Source: Enoplolaimus lenunculus (Eukaryota). Taken from it: a stretch of DNA of 64,000 nt. The stretch covers positions 1 to 64,000 of the forward strand of contig JASANG010001107.1 of assembly GCA_030248215.1 (NCBI GenBank), written 5' to 3'. The translations under genes and the position numbers were made by a program. Every line of letters begins with the position of its first letter. Positions within the stretch are counted from its first letter, which is position 1. The notes beneath the pieces were generated by a model. The model saw only the letters and a program-made list of their open reading frames with translations, was not told the DNA's origin and did no database searches. This document shows, piece by piece, positions 44,250 to 57,400 of this stretch.

Positions 44250-46473
44250 AGCTTTAAATAACAAGTCCAATGTAGTATGCTTTGCTGTAACAATAAACAA
44301 TGCAAATTTTCACGTCTACAAACAAACCTTTCAAAATCACGTCAAACAAAATAGATTCTATTGCATTCAACACCAATCTCTAAAATTTAAAACAATGACG
44401 CATATTAATGCAAACTTGCAGACAGGTCTCGGGCCCAAACATACTTTCCAATATACAACATAATCCAATTTTTAAACATTGATTTTTCTTAAAATTTCCA
44501 AATTTCTACATAACGAAATGTATACTTAGCTTTGAAACCAGGACTTAATTTTGGCATTGGCTTCAAATCACGAAAATCTTTTCTTAAATGACTCTCACAT
44601 ATGAGTGTCAGGGTACAACCGTAGGCCATTCTGTGGTTCCGGTAGAAAATCGACCTCCTGCTACGAGAGAACTTGATAAAATTGTTCCTGTTCTTAGACA
44701 ATGCCCTTAAGTAAGTTTGTGTCTGATGTGTTTTCAAAAGGTTTATATAGTTGTCAAACATTCTCAAAAAGGTAACTTAACATGTTTTTGGCACGTTTTA
44801 CAGCTTTAGTCTAATTTTTCTGGAGGGAAAAACACTAAGCTAGTAATCTTGGAGGAGGGGCGAAATATCAATTAAGGAAAGGCCAAATTAAAGACTAAAC
44901 GAAGGTTTAGTGTAATATGTCCGGTAGGAACCATACCAAGCTAGTAGATTTTCTGTAGACGAAATCCCAATAGGGAAAATTAAACTATAACACCAATAGT
45001 AAAACTTTTCTAAAATTTGTGATAACTATTTCATTGACAAGTATGTTTCACCTTCGGCAAGTCAACGTCTGGCTCCAATCTTTTCACTTCCAATCGCACC
45101 TTGCAGCACAGACTAACCACTGCCATTTAACAGCAGATATTCACGACACACAAGTATTAGAACTGCAACTTAACTCATTAGCATTCGCAACCTAATACAC
45201 GGCTTACAGTTGAGCTGCTACTAATCATATAAACGCAAACCATAAAAAGTTTACTGACCACGAATAAATCAAACGTATCCCACAAACACTGAATACGCAC
45301 TATTTAACCCAGTAAAATACGTTCAGAATTCACACTGCGCACCAGGGAACTTACCACTTCATTCGCGTACTAGTTTCTAATATTATAAACCGCTTTTGCT
45401 ACATAATAAAACAAAACGACGATGCTAAACATTCAATAGTTTTCAATAAACAAATCTAACAGCACTACGTCAGAAGCTGTGATACCAAAACACGTCTCCA
45501 ACCAATTCACATTGTAACTAGGCTCATTCACATTTTTTGACCGCATCGAACACATTTAGCCACTGCGTAATTTGTTTCAGCGCATGCAATGTATTTTTGC
45601 TGGTTTTTACATAACTTAATCGTTCATCATACTTCCAGGGTATGTTGACTTTATGCTCCATAAAATTTGGAAACGAAAATCGTTGAATCGCTAATTGACG
45701 TAGATCTTTACCGCAGTTTCAAACTGTCCAAATCTAGTTCGTTCTTAAATTATTTATGATATACGGTCAGTTACAAACATCTATAATGCGCCGAATATTA
45801 CATAATATCTGTATGCTGAAAACAAGAAACTATGTACCTACAAATGCGATATGTGATTTGTCAAATTGAATTAAAAACCTCCAAACAATTAATTTCTATC
45901 TACTAAATATATGATCAACCTCATCAACCTATAATAAATACCTTTAGCCAATATACCAATGAAACTGGGGATGCGCCGATTAATCGGCATCGGTAATAAT
46001 CGGCACTTTTCGTGAATATTGGCATCGGCACTGTTAAAAACATTTCCGATTGTTCTGTTGGAATGCTGTCAATTTCATTTCTGGGCGCATATCAGTGTGT
46101 GGTGGAAAAACTGTTACACCTCTTGCGTTTGAAAAAATTAATTGAAATCAGTGTGCCTGGTCAGAAAAACTGTTATCTCTCTTGCGTTTGTGTTTGAAAA
46201 AATTAGCTGAAATAAACTTTTCTTATAAAAATATAATCGTTTTTATGATGGTTCGGGTTTAAGTCTTCAAATAATGATGTAATGTAGTATTCTATCTGTT
46301 TATTAAGCATGTTGTACCAAAGTTGGAATCGGATTCGGTATCGGCAAAAATTTTGGCAACGGCACATTCCAAAATAAAAAATATAATAAAATACAACCCA
46401 TGACAAGACAATAATACTAAACTAAACCAAACTAACTAGACAGCGGTAGTAACGACTACACTTGACAAATACT

Positions 46474-48031
46474 TCATTGAAAAAGCCGGTTTATTTCGTT
46501 TTGCATTTCGGTTGGAAACGCTGACAAATCACTTCGGATACAAGATTTACACAATCGTCGTTCACAGTAATACAACGAACAAGTCTGCGCATCATTGCAA
46601 ACTTGTTCATTACAAGAACTGCAATGACTTCCCAGCACAATGAAGCTCGTGCCCTGTTCGCGCTCTTGAGGAGGAACAAATGGATCCTAAAATATATGAA
46701 CAGTTAGCATTAGTATATTCAACAATTTAACATAAATATACATTACATACATATATCCACATAAATATTTATAACGTTTGCACAGTTTCAATATTGCAAT
46801 GTATGTCGTAGTGCAAAATGCCACGCGGGCAGGGATGGGCCGTCTTGGTCAAAAAAACGACACGAAGACCGAGACCCAACCTACCGAGAGCCAGGCTTTT
46901 GGTCTCGGTTTCCAATTTTTAACCGTTACCGAAAATAAAAATAACATTTTAAAAAACATTTGAGTATTTTTATCTATTTTGAATTGCCGCTTCATACTAT
47001 TACACTAATAAATCGTCGCCATAATTTATTTTTATTTTATTTTTCACTTGGCTACAGTCCCCATACCCTTTGAACAGACTCGGGGAAATTTCACTGTCTC
47101 AAAACACTCTCCATCAGACAAAAAATAGACTGGAGAATTTTTTAACATAGCTTAAACGTTGTAAATGCGGATGACCCATTTTTACACGATGCCTTTAATC
47201 TTTTAAACGCGAAAATACAACGAATTCTGCTTTGCCACAATAAAATCAAAGTGTTTTGTGTTTCCTTTCAAAAAGTAGAATTTTGGGTAACCGGAGGGGT
47301 TACTCACAGCGCTGTAAAACCAGGTAGCGGTGTTCCACAATCGTTCGTTGTCTGTGTTGGTAGTCGAAATGCACCAGTATTTCCCGGCCAAAGCTGCGAT
47401 CCAAGAAAATTTTTTGTGATAACTTATAGCTTTTACACCTTTTTGGTCACGGTTTGCAAACTACAGACTGGAAAAAAGCAAGACCGAGATCAACCAAATC
47501 CCGCGACTTGCCAAGACCGAGACCGCCCATCCCTTCACGCGGTGTACCGCTTTGACACCAATAGTGTGGTTGGAATGCAAATTTGGCGCAGCATATGTAA
47601 CCAGCAAGCAACTTATATATTGCAGGCATCGAAATCGTTCGACCGTATTGTACGTACTTAATTGCATCCAAGTATGTATTGGCTTAGAGACACGTAAATA
47701 ATATCGGACTACTGCCACCGGTATCTTGTTAGCATTCTGCCTATAACAGTGTAATTACCTGAACAAAATTAAGCATTGAATAGTACTTTTCTCCTAGCAT
47801 ACTAATGGTGCTCTCTACTATTAAATCGTTAAACAAACGTATGCCAAGCAAAACTCACCGTGTTTACATAATATAATCTAGCAGTAACAAACTCACCTTC
47901 ATCAAATATACATCTTCAAAATAACTCAGTGATTTTGCGAAGGGCGGTGACCTTCCAAAGTAATCATAACATTCTGCCAAAGAACATATCTTGCAACAAA
48001 ATAGGTTAGAGCCATTTGACTCATTTGTCAT
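46474..48031 (-). CDS. CDPF1: Cysteine-rich DPF motif protein 1 homolog, 2 exons (47897-48031, 46474-46686), 115 aa
   Basis: Not in the ORF track; hand-spliced product MTNESNGSNLFCCKICSLAECYDYFGRSPP...EDVYLMK|DPFVPP...FIVLGSHCSSCNEQVC...CSLYY...CKSC...AFPTEMQ matches the CDPF1 CxxC/DPF pattern; gtgag donor, ttttag acceptor. Confidence 0.88.
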
Positions 48032-48989
48032 ATTTTGATAAACAATAAGACATTTAGTTTGCTAAATTACGTACATATGCCTACAAATTAAATACAAAGT
48101 ATTAAACGGTTAAAAGCGACAAAGTCGGGGAGAAAGACGAATGGCAATTTCCACCTATTCTTTAAATAATGGCGTTTCGCCTACCGCTAGCAGGGTGCAA
48201 CCGGATTTCCGATTCGATTACAATTTCGATTCATCTACGAGTTGCGATTCCGAGTCATTCTATTTGTTGTGATATGTTGCATAAGAATTGTGTATCATTT
48301 AGGTATTAAATGCTTTCGATGAGTTAACTTATCAAAAATAGATTGTACTTTAGCTTTACAGAACCAGAAGTTGTCGCCAATTTGTTAATGTGTCGTTTTT
48401 GACAACTGTTGCCAGTCAAGAGACATCCTAAATCAATATTATATTTGTTCATACAAATTGCCGTACAGTCTCAAAATTTCTAGTTCCGATACCGATTAGA
48501 ATTCCGGCACAAATTTGCTGTTCCGATTCCGATTCTACGTCTGACTCCATGTTCGCTTCGCTGACGTCATTTTCTTTGCAACTCTGCCTACCTGCACAAG
48601 CTTCTGTCGCCTACAGAAGTGGTATGACGAAGTGTCATCAGGGCTGTACCTACGTTTCGTTACCCATCTCGTAACTGCCTAGCAATGTTGTATGCGGTCT
48701 ACTTTTTGCGAGAGAATCTCGCAGATCATGTTACCTGTTATATAAACATAATAGTTTCTAACATTCGGTTCCAATGCGCAATCCGGTATTTTTCAGTCTC
48801 CCGTTAGGGAAATCTTAATATTTTTGCAAGAATTTCAAACCTGTTCTGTTTCAGGGTCTGACATTAAAATTAGTAAGATGTATATATGCGTGTTCATATT
48901 ACCTGAAACTATGGTTCAGCCATCATTCCTGTTCCGGCCGGAATTCCTGCAAAAATGAAATTCCTGTCCCTGTTCTTGTTTCTGCATTC

Positions 48990-49215
48990 AAAGATGTAGG
49001 AACCGGAATTTTTACGGTTTTGTGGCAAATTATTTTAATCATTTAATTATTGGAAAACTGTTCGCGAGCGATGTGTTTGCGCAAAACTTGATGATGAAAT
49101 AACTGAAAATTCGCTTGAGCGTTTTTTGACAACTTTTCTGGAAAATTCAGCAGTAATTCGGTGACGAAAATTATTTTAAATTCCGGTTTCTGTTCCTGTT
49201 CCAGTTACTGCAAAA
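48990..49215. repeat. dispersed repeat related to 27530-27850 and 38480-38720
   Basis: Shared TTTTTGACAA.TTTTCTG.AAAA..CA.CAGTAATTCGGTGA block and CCTGTT motifs. Confidence 0.55.
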
Positions 49216-49336
49216 AATCTTATGGCAAAGGTGAAGCGCGAACAAATTAACTGTCAGTGTGGTAGTATTGGTCGGGACCGTGATCTTCAATAATTCAGCA
49301 GTTCGAAAAACAGATGCGATGTGGATTCTAACTCAC

Positions 49337-49581
49337 TGTTGGTATACGTGATGTAGCAAGTGTATGTGCATAGTGTATTTAATGTAAGACATGCACATAG
49401 TACTAGAGATAAATATAATATCGATCGCGTGGTGTAATGGGTAGCGCGCTAGACTGGCGAACGAGAGGTCCGAGGTTCGATTCCCGGCATGACCATATGT
49501 TTCCAAAAATTTAAGGAGAAAAACCAAGTATATTCGCAGTACTTCTAGAAAAGGGGTCGTCGCGACCGTGCAGTGATGACA
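49337..49581 (+). mobile_element. family C tRNA-containing solo LTR
   Basis: TGTTGG...TGACA ends, tRNA-like 49423-49495 with A/B boxes, homologous to 62441-62690, which is preceded by a PPT; no clean TSD. Confidence 0.75.
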
Positions 49582-50239
49582 CGACCTTCACACACTTGAG
49601 TGAAGGCTCTACCATGTGATAAGTTTGTGATAAGTTGGGTAGGCTAGGGTACGACGGTTTTTAGATATGAGTTCTCATCAGCTGAAAATGAGGAACGCTC
49701 CCAGCAGGTTCCGAGCTCGGTCGACAGATTATCAGTCCAGCGCGCTATCCACTGAGCCACGCCGCCTCACAATCAACTGCTGAGTTTTTCCTGTTTTTAT
49801 GCCTTATAAGAACCTCAACTTTGTACACATGTATCTTGGTTCTTCCATGTTTTACTGCTGCTGCATATGAAGGCACTACATATGCAGTAGTGATTTTTAC
49901 CGATGTACAGCATCAGCATGAGGTTATTACTTGTCTCTATGCATCCGCATGTCACATCCCCCGGTTTTCTACAAGGTCGTCCCTTGACCGCCAACTTATG
50001 TTTTTGGTTCTACCGCGGCAGTTTGCCATTGCGGTGCCATCGTGGTCACCATGTGATAAGTTGGGCAGGCTAGGGTACGACGGTTTTAGTTCTGAGTTCT
50101 CAGCAGCTGAAAATGAGGGACGTGCCCAGGATGTTTCGAACTCGGTTGACAGATGATCAGTCCAGCGCGCTATCCACTGAGCCACGCTGCCTCACAATCA
50201 ACTGTTGAGTTTTTCTGTTTTTATGCCTTACAAGAACCT

Positions 50240-51439
50240 TGTCGGGTGGGGCCCCAGTGTGCACTCTGTGTCACACTGGTGCTCACCCTCGGCGTCCCTT
50301 GAGCTCCTAGCTATGTCATTCCTTTGACATGCAATCCCCCCAGTCTCGGTCTCGGTTTGGTATCGCGATTTATACATAACCGGTGTAATTTTACCTTGCC
50401 ATATTGCCTGCTCATTTGTCAAACACTGTGCTTTAACATGCTTGCCAAATTCTTATAAAACTTACTGTCTTTTCTGTCAATTTCGCTTATGTCAGTTACG
50501 TGTATTTTTACATATATTTCTTATTATGTTTTCAGGTACTAAAACCCCATTTTCTGACCAAATTCTATGCGCTCAGTTCATTGCGCATTCCCATTTCTAC
50601 AAATTCTTTCCCCTTTGACCCTTTTGTGCCAGTTCCCACATATCATATTTCTTGTGCTCTTATAAATGCTTATTTTCACGTTTTCAGGCGTCTCCTTCCC
50701 GTTTCCTACTAATTTTCAGGTGCTCATTCCATTTCGCACCTCCATTTCTGCCAATTCTGCCCCATTTGTGTCTTATTTGTCATAATTCTTTTTATGTCGG
50801 GATTATGATGATTCATTCATTCCGGAGTATTCTTATGATCACTTAGCTACTGTTTTGTGCGTAGCTGACGTAGTTTTACGTGTAAAAGATAGCAACATTT
50901 TCGGACGGATAAAAAGTATTATTTCTAGCCTTGACGGAGCGTTTAAAAGCATTAATTCGGAATCGGCGTATTTTGTTTGAACGGAATAATAATTTTCAGG
51001 CCTGGGGAACTGTTAGTTGCAATTTTCGTAATTTGTGTGTTATTGTTATAATTGTGCCCGGACGTGGTTTGGTTAGCAGTCCCGTAAGCTGTGTCTGACA
51101 GAATCTGCTTCTTTTTCGCGTATTTATTACATTTTCCCGCAACTTATAATTGTCGTAAAGCTTTTCGGCCGCATGGCCCTCGTTCAAAAGCAATAATCAC
51201 CAAAACTAGGGAAAATCGGTAATTAGTTTTAAACGGGACTAACGGGCTTGTGTTTACTATTTTGCGTTGCGCCTTTCTTAGTTGTTAGTAAAACGGATAA
51301 AACGTGTGTTATAAACCCGTACGAGCCATAGGAGTGTCTAAACTTGTGTTGAAACTGTTCCAGGATCAACCCGAAACTAGACCATACCCGCCTTCGGATC
51401 GGTCGAAAATTCCCGTTTTTGACCAGTCCAGACCTTACA
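50240..51439 (+). repeat. gypsy 5' LTR
   Basis: TG...CA, direct repeat of 59523-61310. Confidence 0.95.
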
Positions 51440-51454
51440 TGGTGACCACGACGG
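51440..51454 (+). promoter_or_regulatory. primer-binding site, tRNA-Trp-like
   Basis: TGGTGACCACGACGG immediately after the LTR; resembles the canonical Trp PBS TGGTGACCCCGACG. Confidence 0.8.
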
Positions 51455-51591
51455 TTGGTTTCTATGTTGATTTTGGACAGATTACATCGATCTCGAACAC
51501 ATTTTGGTTCGTTTTGTTCTTATTGACACTACCAACACATACTAAAGTCAACATCCGGTAAGTATCTGTTTTTGTTAATTAACCTCTCACT

Positions 51592-53590
51592 ATGATGTTA
51601 CACAGCCCGAAAAAGCGAAGTACACGCAATTCTGTCCTAGGTCGTACAGCATCTGAATCTGAGATTGATGAAATTACTGAGCATCAACCAGTTCAGGATA
51701 TTTTTGCCGAGCCATACACACAAAAATTTGACAATCCGGCTCTAGAAGCATCATGTACGACTATGAATGACACTCTTGCACAAAATAATAGCACACAGCT
51801 GCAAACAGTGCAAAATAATGTGTTAAAAGATATTCAAACAGTACAGGATAACGTTCAAGCAGTCAAACGTGACGTACTACGCGATGTCCAAACAGTACAA
51901 CACGAAGTTTTGACAATTCGCGAAGATGTGTTGACAGACGTACAATCAGTTCGCCATGATGTACAATCTGTTAGAACACAAGTTGAACAAGTGGAACACA
52001 CATTCGCTGAACAACTACAAACAGTTCAAAACGATTTACAAGGTACCTGTCGTAATATTGAAGACCGCCTTTACGGTGAAATTCAGGTGACTGACCAAAA
52101 CTTGCAAAAATTATCTACAGACTTTAACGCAAGTTAAACAGCGCCTAGCATATTGCGAAAACGCTCAAACAAACGTACAAACACCTATTCCAACTGATTT
52201 TACAACTCCAATTAATACAGGTGTTAAACAGGTACCCACGTCAACACCACGTCACAATGTTGCAAAAAACGCACATTTCGACTGCGATGACGACAACGAT
52301 TCGGAAATTGACGACACGAACCAACCACAACAGCGTGCTAACGCGTCAAATGTCAACACAAACGCAGCGGCGCATGTGCCGAATCCATATCCAGCACCAA
52401 TGCCGCCGATTATCGTTCACGCTGTCACAAAAGAATCACTGTCGATCAAACCGTACAATGGTTCAACAGATTTTGACAAATGGTTCAAAAAATTCAATCG
52501 ACAGCTTGACGAGCACAACATCAAAAACGACGACGAAAAATGGAAATGGTTCAAAAATAAAATCGAGGAAGATTCTCCAGCCGAGAACTATTGGCAATAC
52601 ATCGAGAATCCACATCGTCAATTCACCGCGCTCGATTATCACTCAGTCGTCAAATATTTCGAACAACTTCACACAACACGTCCAGAACACCAAGCCAAAG
52701 CACCCAAACAAGCGACAACACACGCAAGAACCACGCAAGAAAACAACCAACCACAAAAACAAAACAACCCACAAATATTCCACAAATTGACTGCTGGCAC
52801 TGACTAATCGTTCCATGATTTGAAGATTCGTGCAGCAAAAATCGAACAAATGCTGAATCTGCGAAATGAGCTATCTCCAGATCGCGACCAGCAGAGGTCG
52901 AAATTTGATAACAGGCAGAACGATCAAAACTCGCAGCGTCGAAACAATCAATACAATGCTTACAATCAGAAACAGCAACAGAATTCGCCTCAACGCAGTC
53001 AGCAACAGAGCCAGCCAGCAAAGCAAACAATCGAATTTTCGCCAAAATTACAATGCGAAAACAACGAATGGAAATTCGTCGAGCACACAAAATCAGTCAA
53101 GACAAGACCTGATCTGCAGAAACTGTGGCAAGCAGGGACATATGTCTTACAATTGCCGTAGCATTCAACAGCATGCATCGCCACAGAGTGACATTCGTGT
53201 TCGACATAGGTCAGGCCCGCCGAGTGGCCAAATTCCAGATTCAAACTATGAGCCACGTCCACTTATACCGACATGCACTCATTGCAAGAAGCGTGGACAT
53301 ACGGCTAGCGACTGCTGGTTCCGCAATGATAATATTGCAAGCCAAAATTTCAGTCAAACAAACTATGGCGGCGCAGTTCAGGCTCAAAGACACTTATCAA
53401 GCCTGTCGCAACACCAACTACTGCCGTTGTTAGCCAACCACAGGCTCAACAACCATTATCAAATACGCCTTTACGTAGTAATAACAACAATACAGCAGCG
53501 CAAACTGAATCTGCGCAAGTCAACATACGTCAACAACCAATTCCGACACAACAACCAGTTGCTGCACCTCCAGTCATCTCAACTGCTTGG
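51592..53590 (+). pseudogene. gag: gag, split over several frames
   Basis: N-terminal coiled-coil repeats, IKPYNGSTDFDKWFKKF, two CCHC knuckles (CRNCGKQGHMSYNC, CTHCKKRGHTASDC); frame breaks near 52140, 52800 and 53400-53590. Confidence 0.8.
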
Positions 53591-53593
53591 GGT

Positions 53594-54166
53594 GTGCGCA
53601 AAACTGGCCAACCGGCCTTGGCAGCCTTGACGCCAGCTGGTTTTAAACCACATACTAGTACATCTGTTGACGCAATATGTCATTTTACTAGCAAAGCGTC
53701 CAGATTCTTTATTGAGGCTGAGATCGATGACTACACAATTGTAGGTTTAGTTGACACAGGTGCTGAATTAACACTCATGCGTGATGATGTGTTTGCACAG
53801 TGTTTCGCACATCATGAAATTGACACTAAGGATATTATCGATTGCTATGGTTTCGCTGATAATGGTTCTATACCATCCTTAGGTTCAGTATCTCTCCATG
53901 TTAAGATTGGTCAAGTAATTGCACCAATTAAGATACATGTTGTTAAAGGTATTAATAATACTGTTATGTTTGGAGATGATGCTTTACGTATTTTCAGGTT
54001 AACAATCGATTACTTCAATATGAACGTTCGCTATCGCAACGAAGTCATTCCATCTTGGGCTTGGTCGTCTCCACTTGACACCGAGGCGGAGATCGCAACC
54101 AAGTGGGCACAAGTCTGCGAAATCGTTCAACCGGTTCAAATACCCCACCACAACAAAAACTACTAA
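53594..54166 (+). CDS. retropepsin aspartic protease, out of frame with RT
   Basis: LVDTGAELTLM active site and VMFGDDAL motif. Confidence 0.88.
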   Translation: MRKTGQPALAALTPAGFKPHTSTSVDAICHFTSKASRFFIEAEIDDYTIVGLVDTGAELTLMRDDVFAQCFAHHEIDTKDIIDCYGFADNGSIPSLGSVSLHVKIGQVIAPIKIHVVKGINNTVMFGDDALRIFRLTIDYFNMNVRYRNEVIPSWAWSSPLDTEAEIATKWAQVCEIVQPVQIPHHNKNY

Positions 54167-54436
54167 AAACCCCAGAACCAACGAACAAAAAACCAAGAAA
54201 ACAAAAACCCCAACACCCCCCCCCCCCATGGGTAGAGTGTCAGAAGACGTCGACGCTAGCGAAGTCATTCTCGATCGCGAAACAGCATTACAACATGTCG
54301 AATCACTGTCAACCGTTGATCAAATCAATCAAAACGACAACAAACCATCTGTCGAAATCGCAAATGTCAATCGACACGATAAACGTCAACAACGTGCTGA
54401 GCAAGTCACTCGTTTTGTCAGTCATTAAAACATCAG

Positions 54437-57400
54437 TTGCAACAAACATCCGACGTCGACTTGCCAGAAAAACTTAACTTTGACGATACTGATCTCAACG
54501 AATTTGAGAGACAATTGCTAAAGCTCATGTTGCACAACAATCGTGACTTGTTTGCACAACCAAATAAGCAAATTAATCATACCAGCCTTGACGTGAAACA
54601 TAAAATTAACATCGAACCACATGAACCAATTCAACAACGTATCTATCGAGTACCGTTTGGAAAACGTGAAACACTCAGCAAAAGTATCAGAGAAATGCTT
54701 GACCAAGGCGTAATTCGTCCATCAAAAAGCCCTTGGGCATTTCAGGTTGTCTTGGCGAAGAAAAAAGATGGAACCGACCGTGTCTGTATCGATTATCGAC
54801 CACTAAATGCTATCACAAAGAAAGATCGGTTTCCATTACCACGCATTGACGAAACTCTTGATGCGTTGAATGGCGCAAAATATTTCTCAACTATCGATCT
54901 GCGATCTGGCTATTGGCAAGTGCCAATGGATGAGGCAGACATTGAGAAGACAGCCTTCATCTGTCACGAAGGTCTGTTCGAATTCACGTCGATGCCATTT
55001 GGACATTGCAATGCTCCAGCAACATTTCAGCGCATGATGCAAATGACTCTTTCAGGTTTGCTCATGGAGTTCTGTTTGTGTTATCTTGACGACGTGATCA
55101 TATATTCGCCAACAATCTGGGATCACTATTATGACATCAACCAAGTGTTTCAGCGACTACGCGAAGCTGGTCTTAAGATCAAACCCAGCAAGTGTGACTT
55201 TGCGAAAAAGAAATTATTATTTTTAGGTCATCAAATATCTGAAGACGGTATAGCGCCAAATCCTGAAAAGGTTAAGGCAATTTTAGAGAGCCCAGTACCA
55301 AAGACGGTCACTGATGTCCGTGCTTTTTTAGGTCTCACCGGCTATTATCGTCAGTTCATCAAAGACTACAGCACAATCGCAAGTCCACTTTACAATTTAA
55401 CACACGGTAAGCTTAAGAAAGTCCAATTAAAAGAACGCTGGACTATAGACTGTCAAAACGCATTCGATACATTAAAACGACATCTCACTGAAGCACCAAT
55501 ACTAGCGTATCCGGACTTTACCAAGCCGTTTATTCTATATACTGATGCCAGCGATACTGGATTAGGTTATATATTAGCTCAAAAAAGCCTTGACGGTAGA
55601 GAGCGTGTGTTGTGCTATGGCAGTCGTAAATTAACAGACGCCGAAACGCGTTATGCGATCACTGAAAAAGAGTGTCTCGCTGTTGTGAAAGCACTAACAC
55701 AATTTCGTCCATATTTGCTTGGCAATTATACAACAATTATAACTGATCATTCGGCTTTGGTTCAAATACTTGACAAACGACGTTCACTCAATTTATTGAC
55801 AACAAGATTGGCCAAATTTGCATTACGAATTCAAGAATATGACTACGAAATTGTTTATCGAAAAGGACTGAATCATACAAATGCTGATGCATTATCGCGA
55901 CCACCAATATTACCAGATGAACCGTCTGAAATTAATGATGAACCATTAGATATGGAAAGCAAAGCTCAACAATCAGCTTTGTCTATTGCTCGTGCACGTG
56001 ATAGATATATAGCCGCTCATATCGACGCTGTAGAACGCAGTGATCATACATATGTTCGCGGTCCGGCTGCATTACCACCAAACGTGGTACAGCCTCCAGC
56101 ACAAGGAAATTTTGTGTTGGTTGATAATAATTCAGTAGGGTGCATTGACGCCGAAAGAGCGGACAGCGCTGCTACTGGTGAAAATATTGCAGGGTGCCTT
56201 GACGCCGAAAGAGGGGAAGACACTACTGCTGGAAATAATAATAATATAAATAATAATAATAATAATCGCGTGCAACGACAACAACAAGGTTTAAATGTCT
56301 ATATGGAACATTTTTCGACGGTATCACCATGGGATAAAACTCAATTGGTCGACGCACAGCGTCATGACGATAAACTTAAAAAACTGATTCAGTATCTTGA
56401 AACACAAGAAATGCCAGAAGGCATCGATCGCATCGAAAAACGATGGATCTTAGATCATGAACCATATTATGTCATATTCGATGAAGTCTTGTTTCATATC
56501 GCAAGACCAACGCGTCCAGCAACAATTGACTTTGCCGAATTGCAAGTCGTTGTTCCTGAAAACTTGCGCCTACCGTTGCTTGAACAGTATCATAGTACCA
56601 AGTACGGTGGTCATGTAGGTGCTAAGAAAGTATTTTGTAAGTTGACGCGTAAGTTTTATTGGCCAAACTGTATGAAAGACATTTCAGATTTTATAGAGAC
56701 ATGTATTCCGTGTTCTCGTTTTCGACAAGGTCCAAATCGCAAAGGACCATTACAACCAATTCAGCCAATTTTTCCGTTTCACATGATCGGAATCGATTTT
56801 GTAGGTCCATTGGCTGAAACACCATCTGGAAATAAATATATACTATGTGTCGTTGACTATTTCACAAAATGGGCAGAAGCGTACGCAACGCCAGATCAAA
56901 CTGCCTTGACGGTAATAAATATCATCATAAATGAGTGGATCCCAAGACATGGCGTTCCACGCATTATATTGTCTGACCAGGGATCAGCGTTTATTTCAGA
57001 GCTATTTAAATCTGAATTGACGGAAATCGGAACGCGTATTGCATATTCAGCGCCTTATCACCATCAGGCAAACGGTTTAGTTGAGCGCTGGAACCAAACA
57101 TTAGTTCGTATTCTCCGTCCGCTGTCCGAACAGTACGGTTCAGCGTGGGATACATTGCTTAACGCTGCGTTGTTTGCATATCGCACAATTCCGCATGCAA
57201 CAACAGGTCAAACACCTTATTTTATGGTACACGGACGCGATCCCAATATTCCTGGTGAAAACCAAATATATCCGGTACAGACAAAAGTTACACAGGACAC
57301 ATACGCTTCGCAGTTATTTGAGGAATTAACTCGCGCATGGGCTGAGGCTGCGTATCACATCGAACAAGCACAAATGAATTATAAATATTATTTTGACAGG

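Noticed and set aside
44250..44300. TTG-initiated N-terminal extension of UTP15 in the ORF track
   Set aside because: Eukaryotic gene; first in-frame ATG is at 44249
49423..49495. Functional tRNA genes here and at 60680, 61025 and 62524-62600
   Set aside because: Anticodon and T stems pair poorly, copies diverge, and all lie inside LTRs
56133..56270. Extra Pol domain between RNase H and integrase
   Set aside because: Only a short internal duplication (GCxDAER twice) and an AAT microsatellite in a linker
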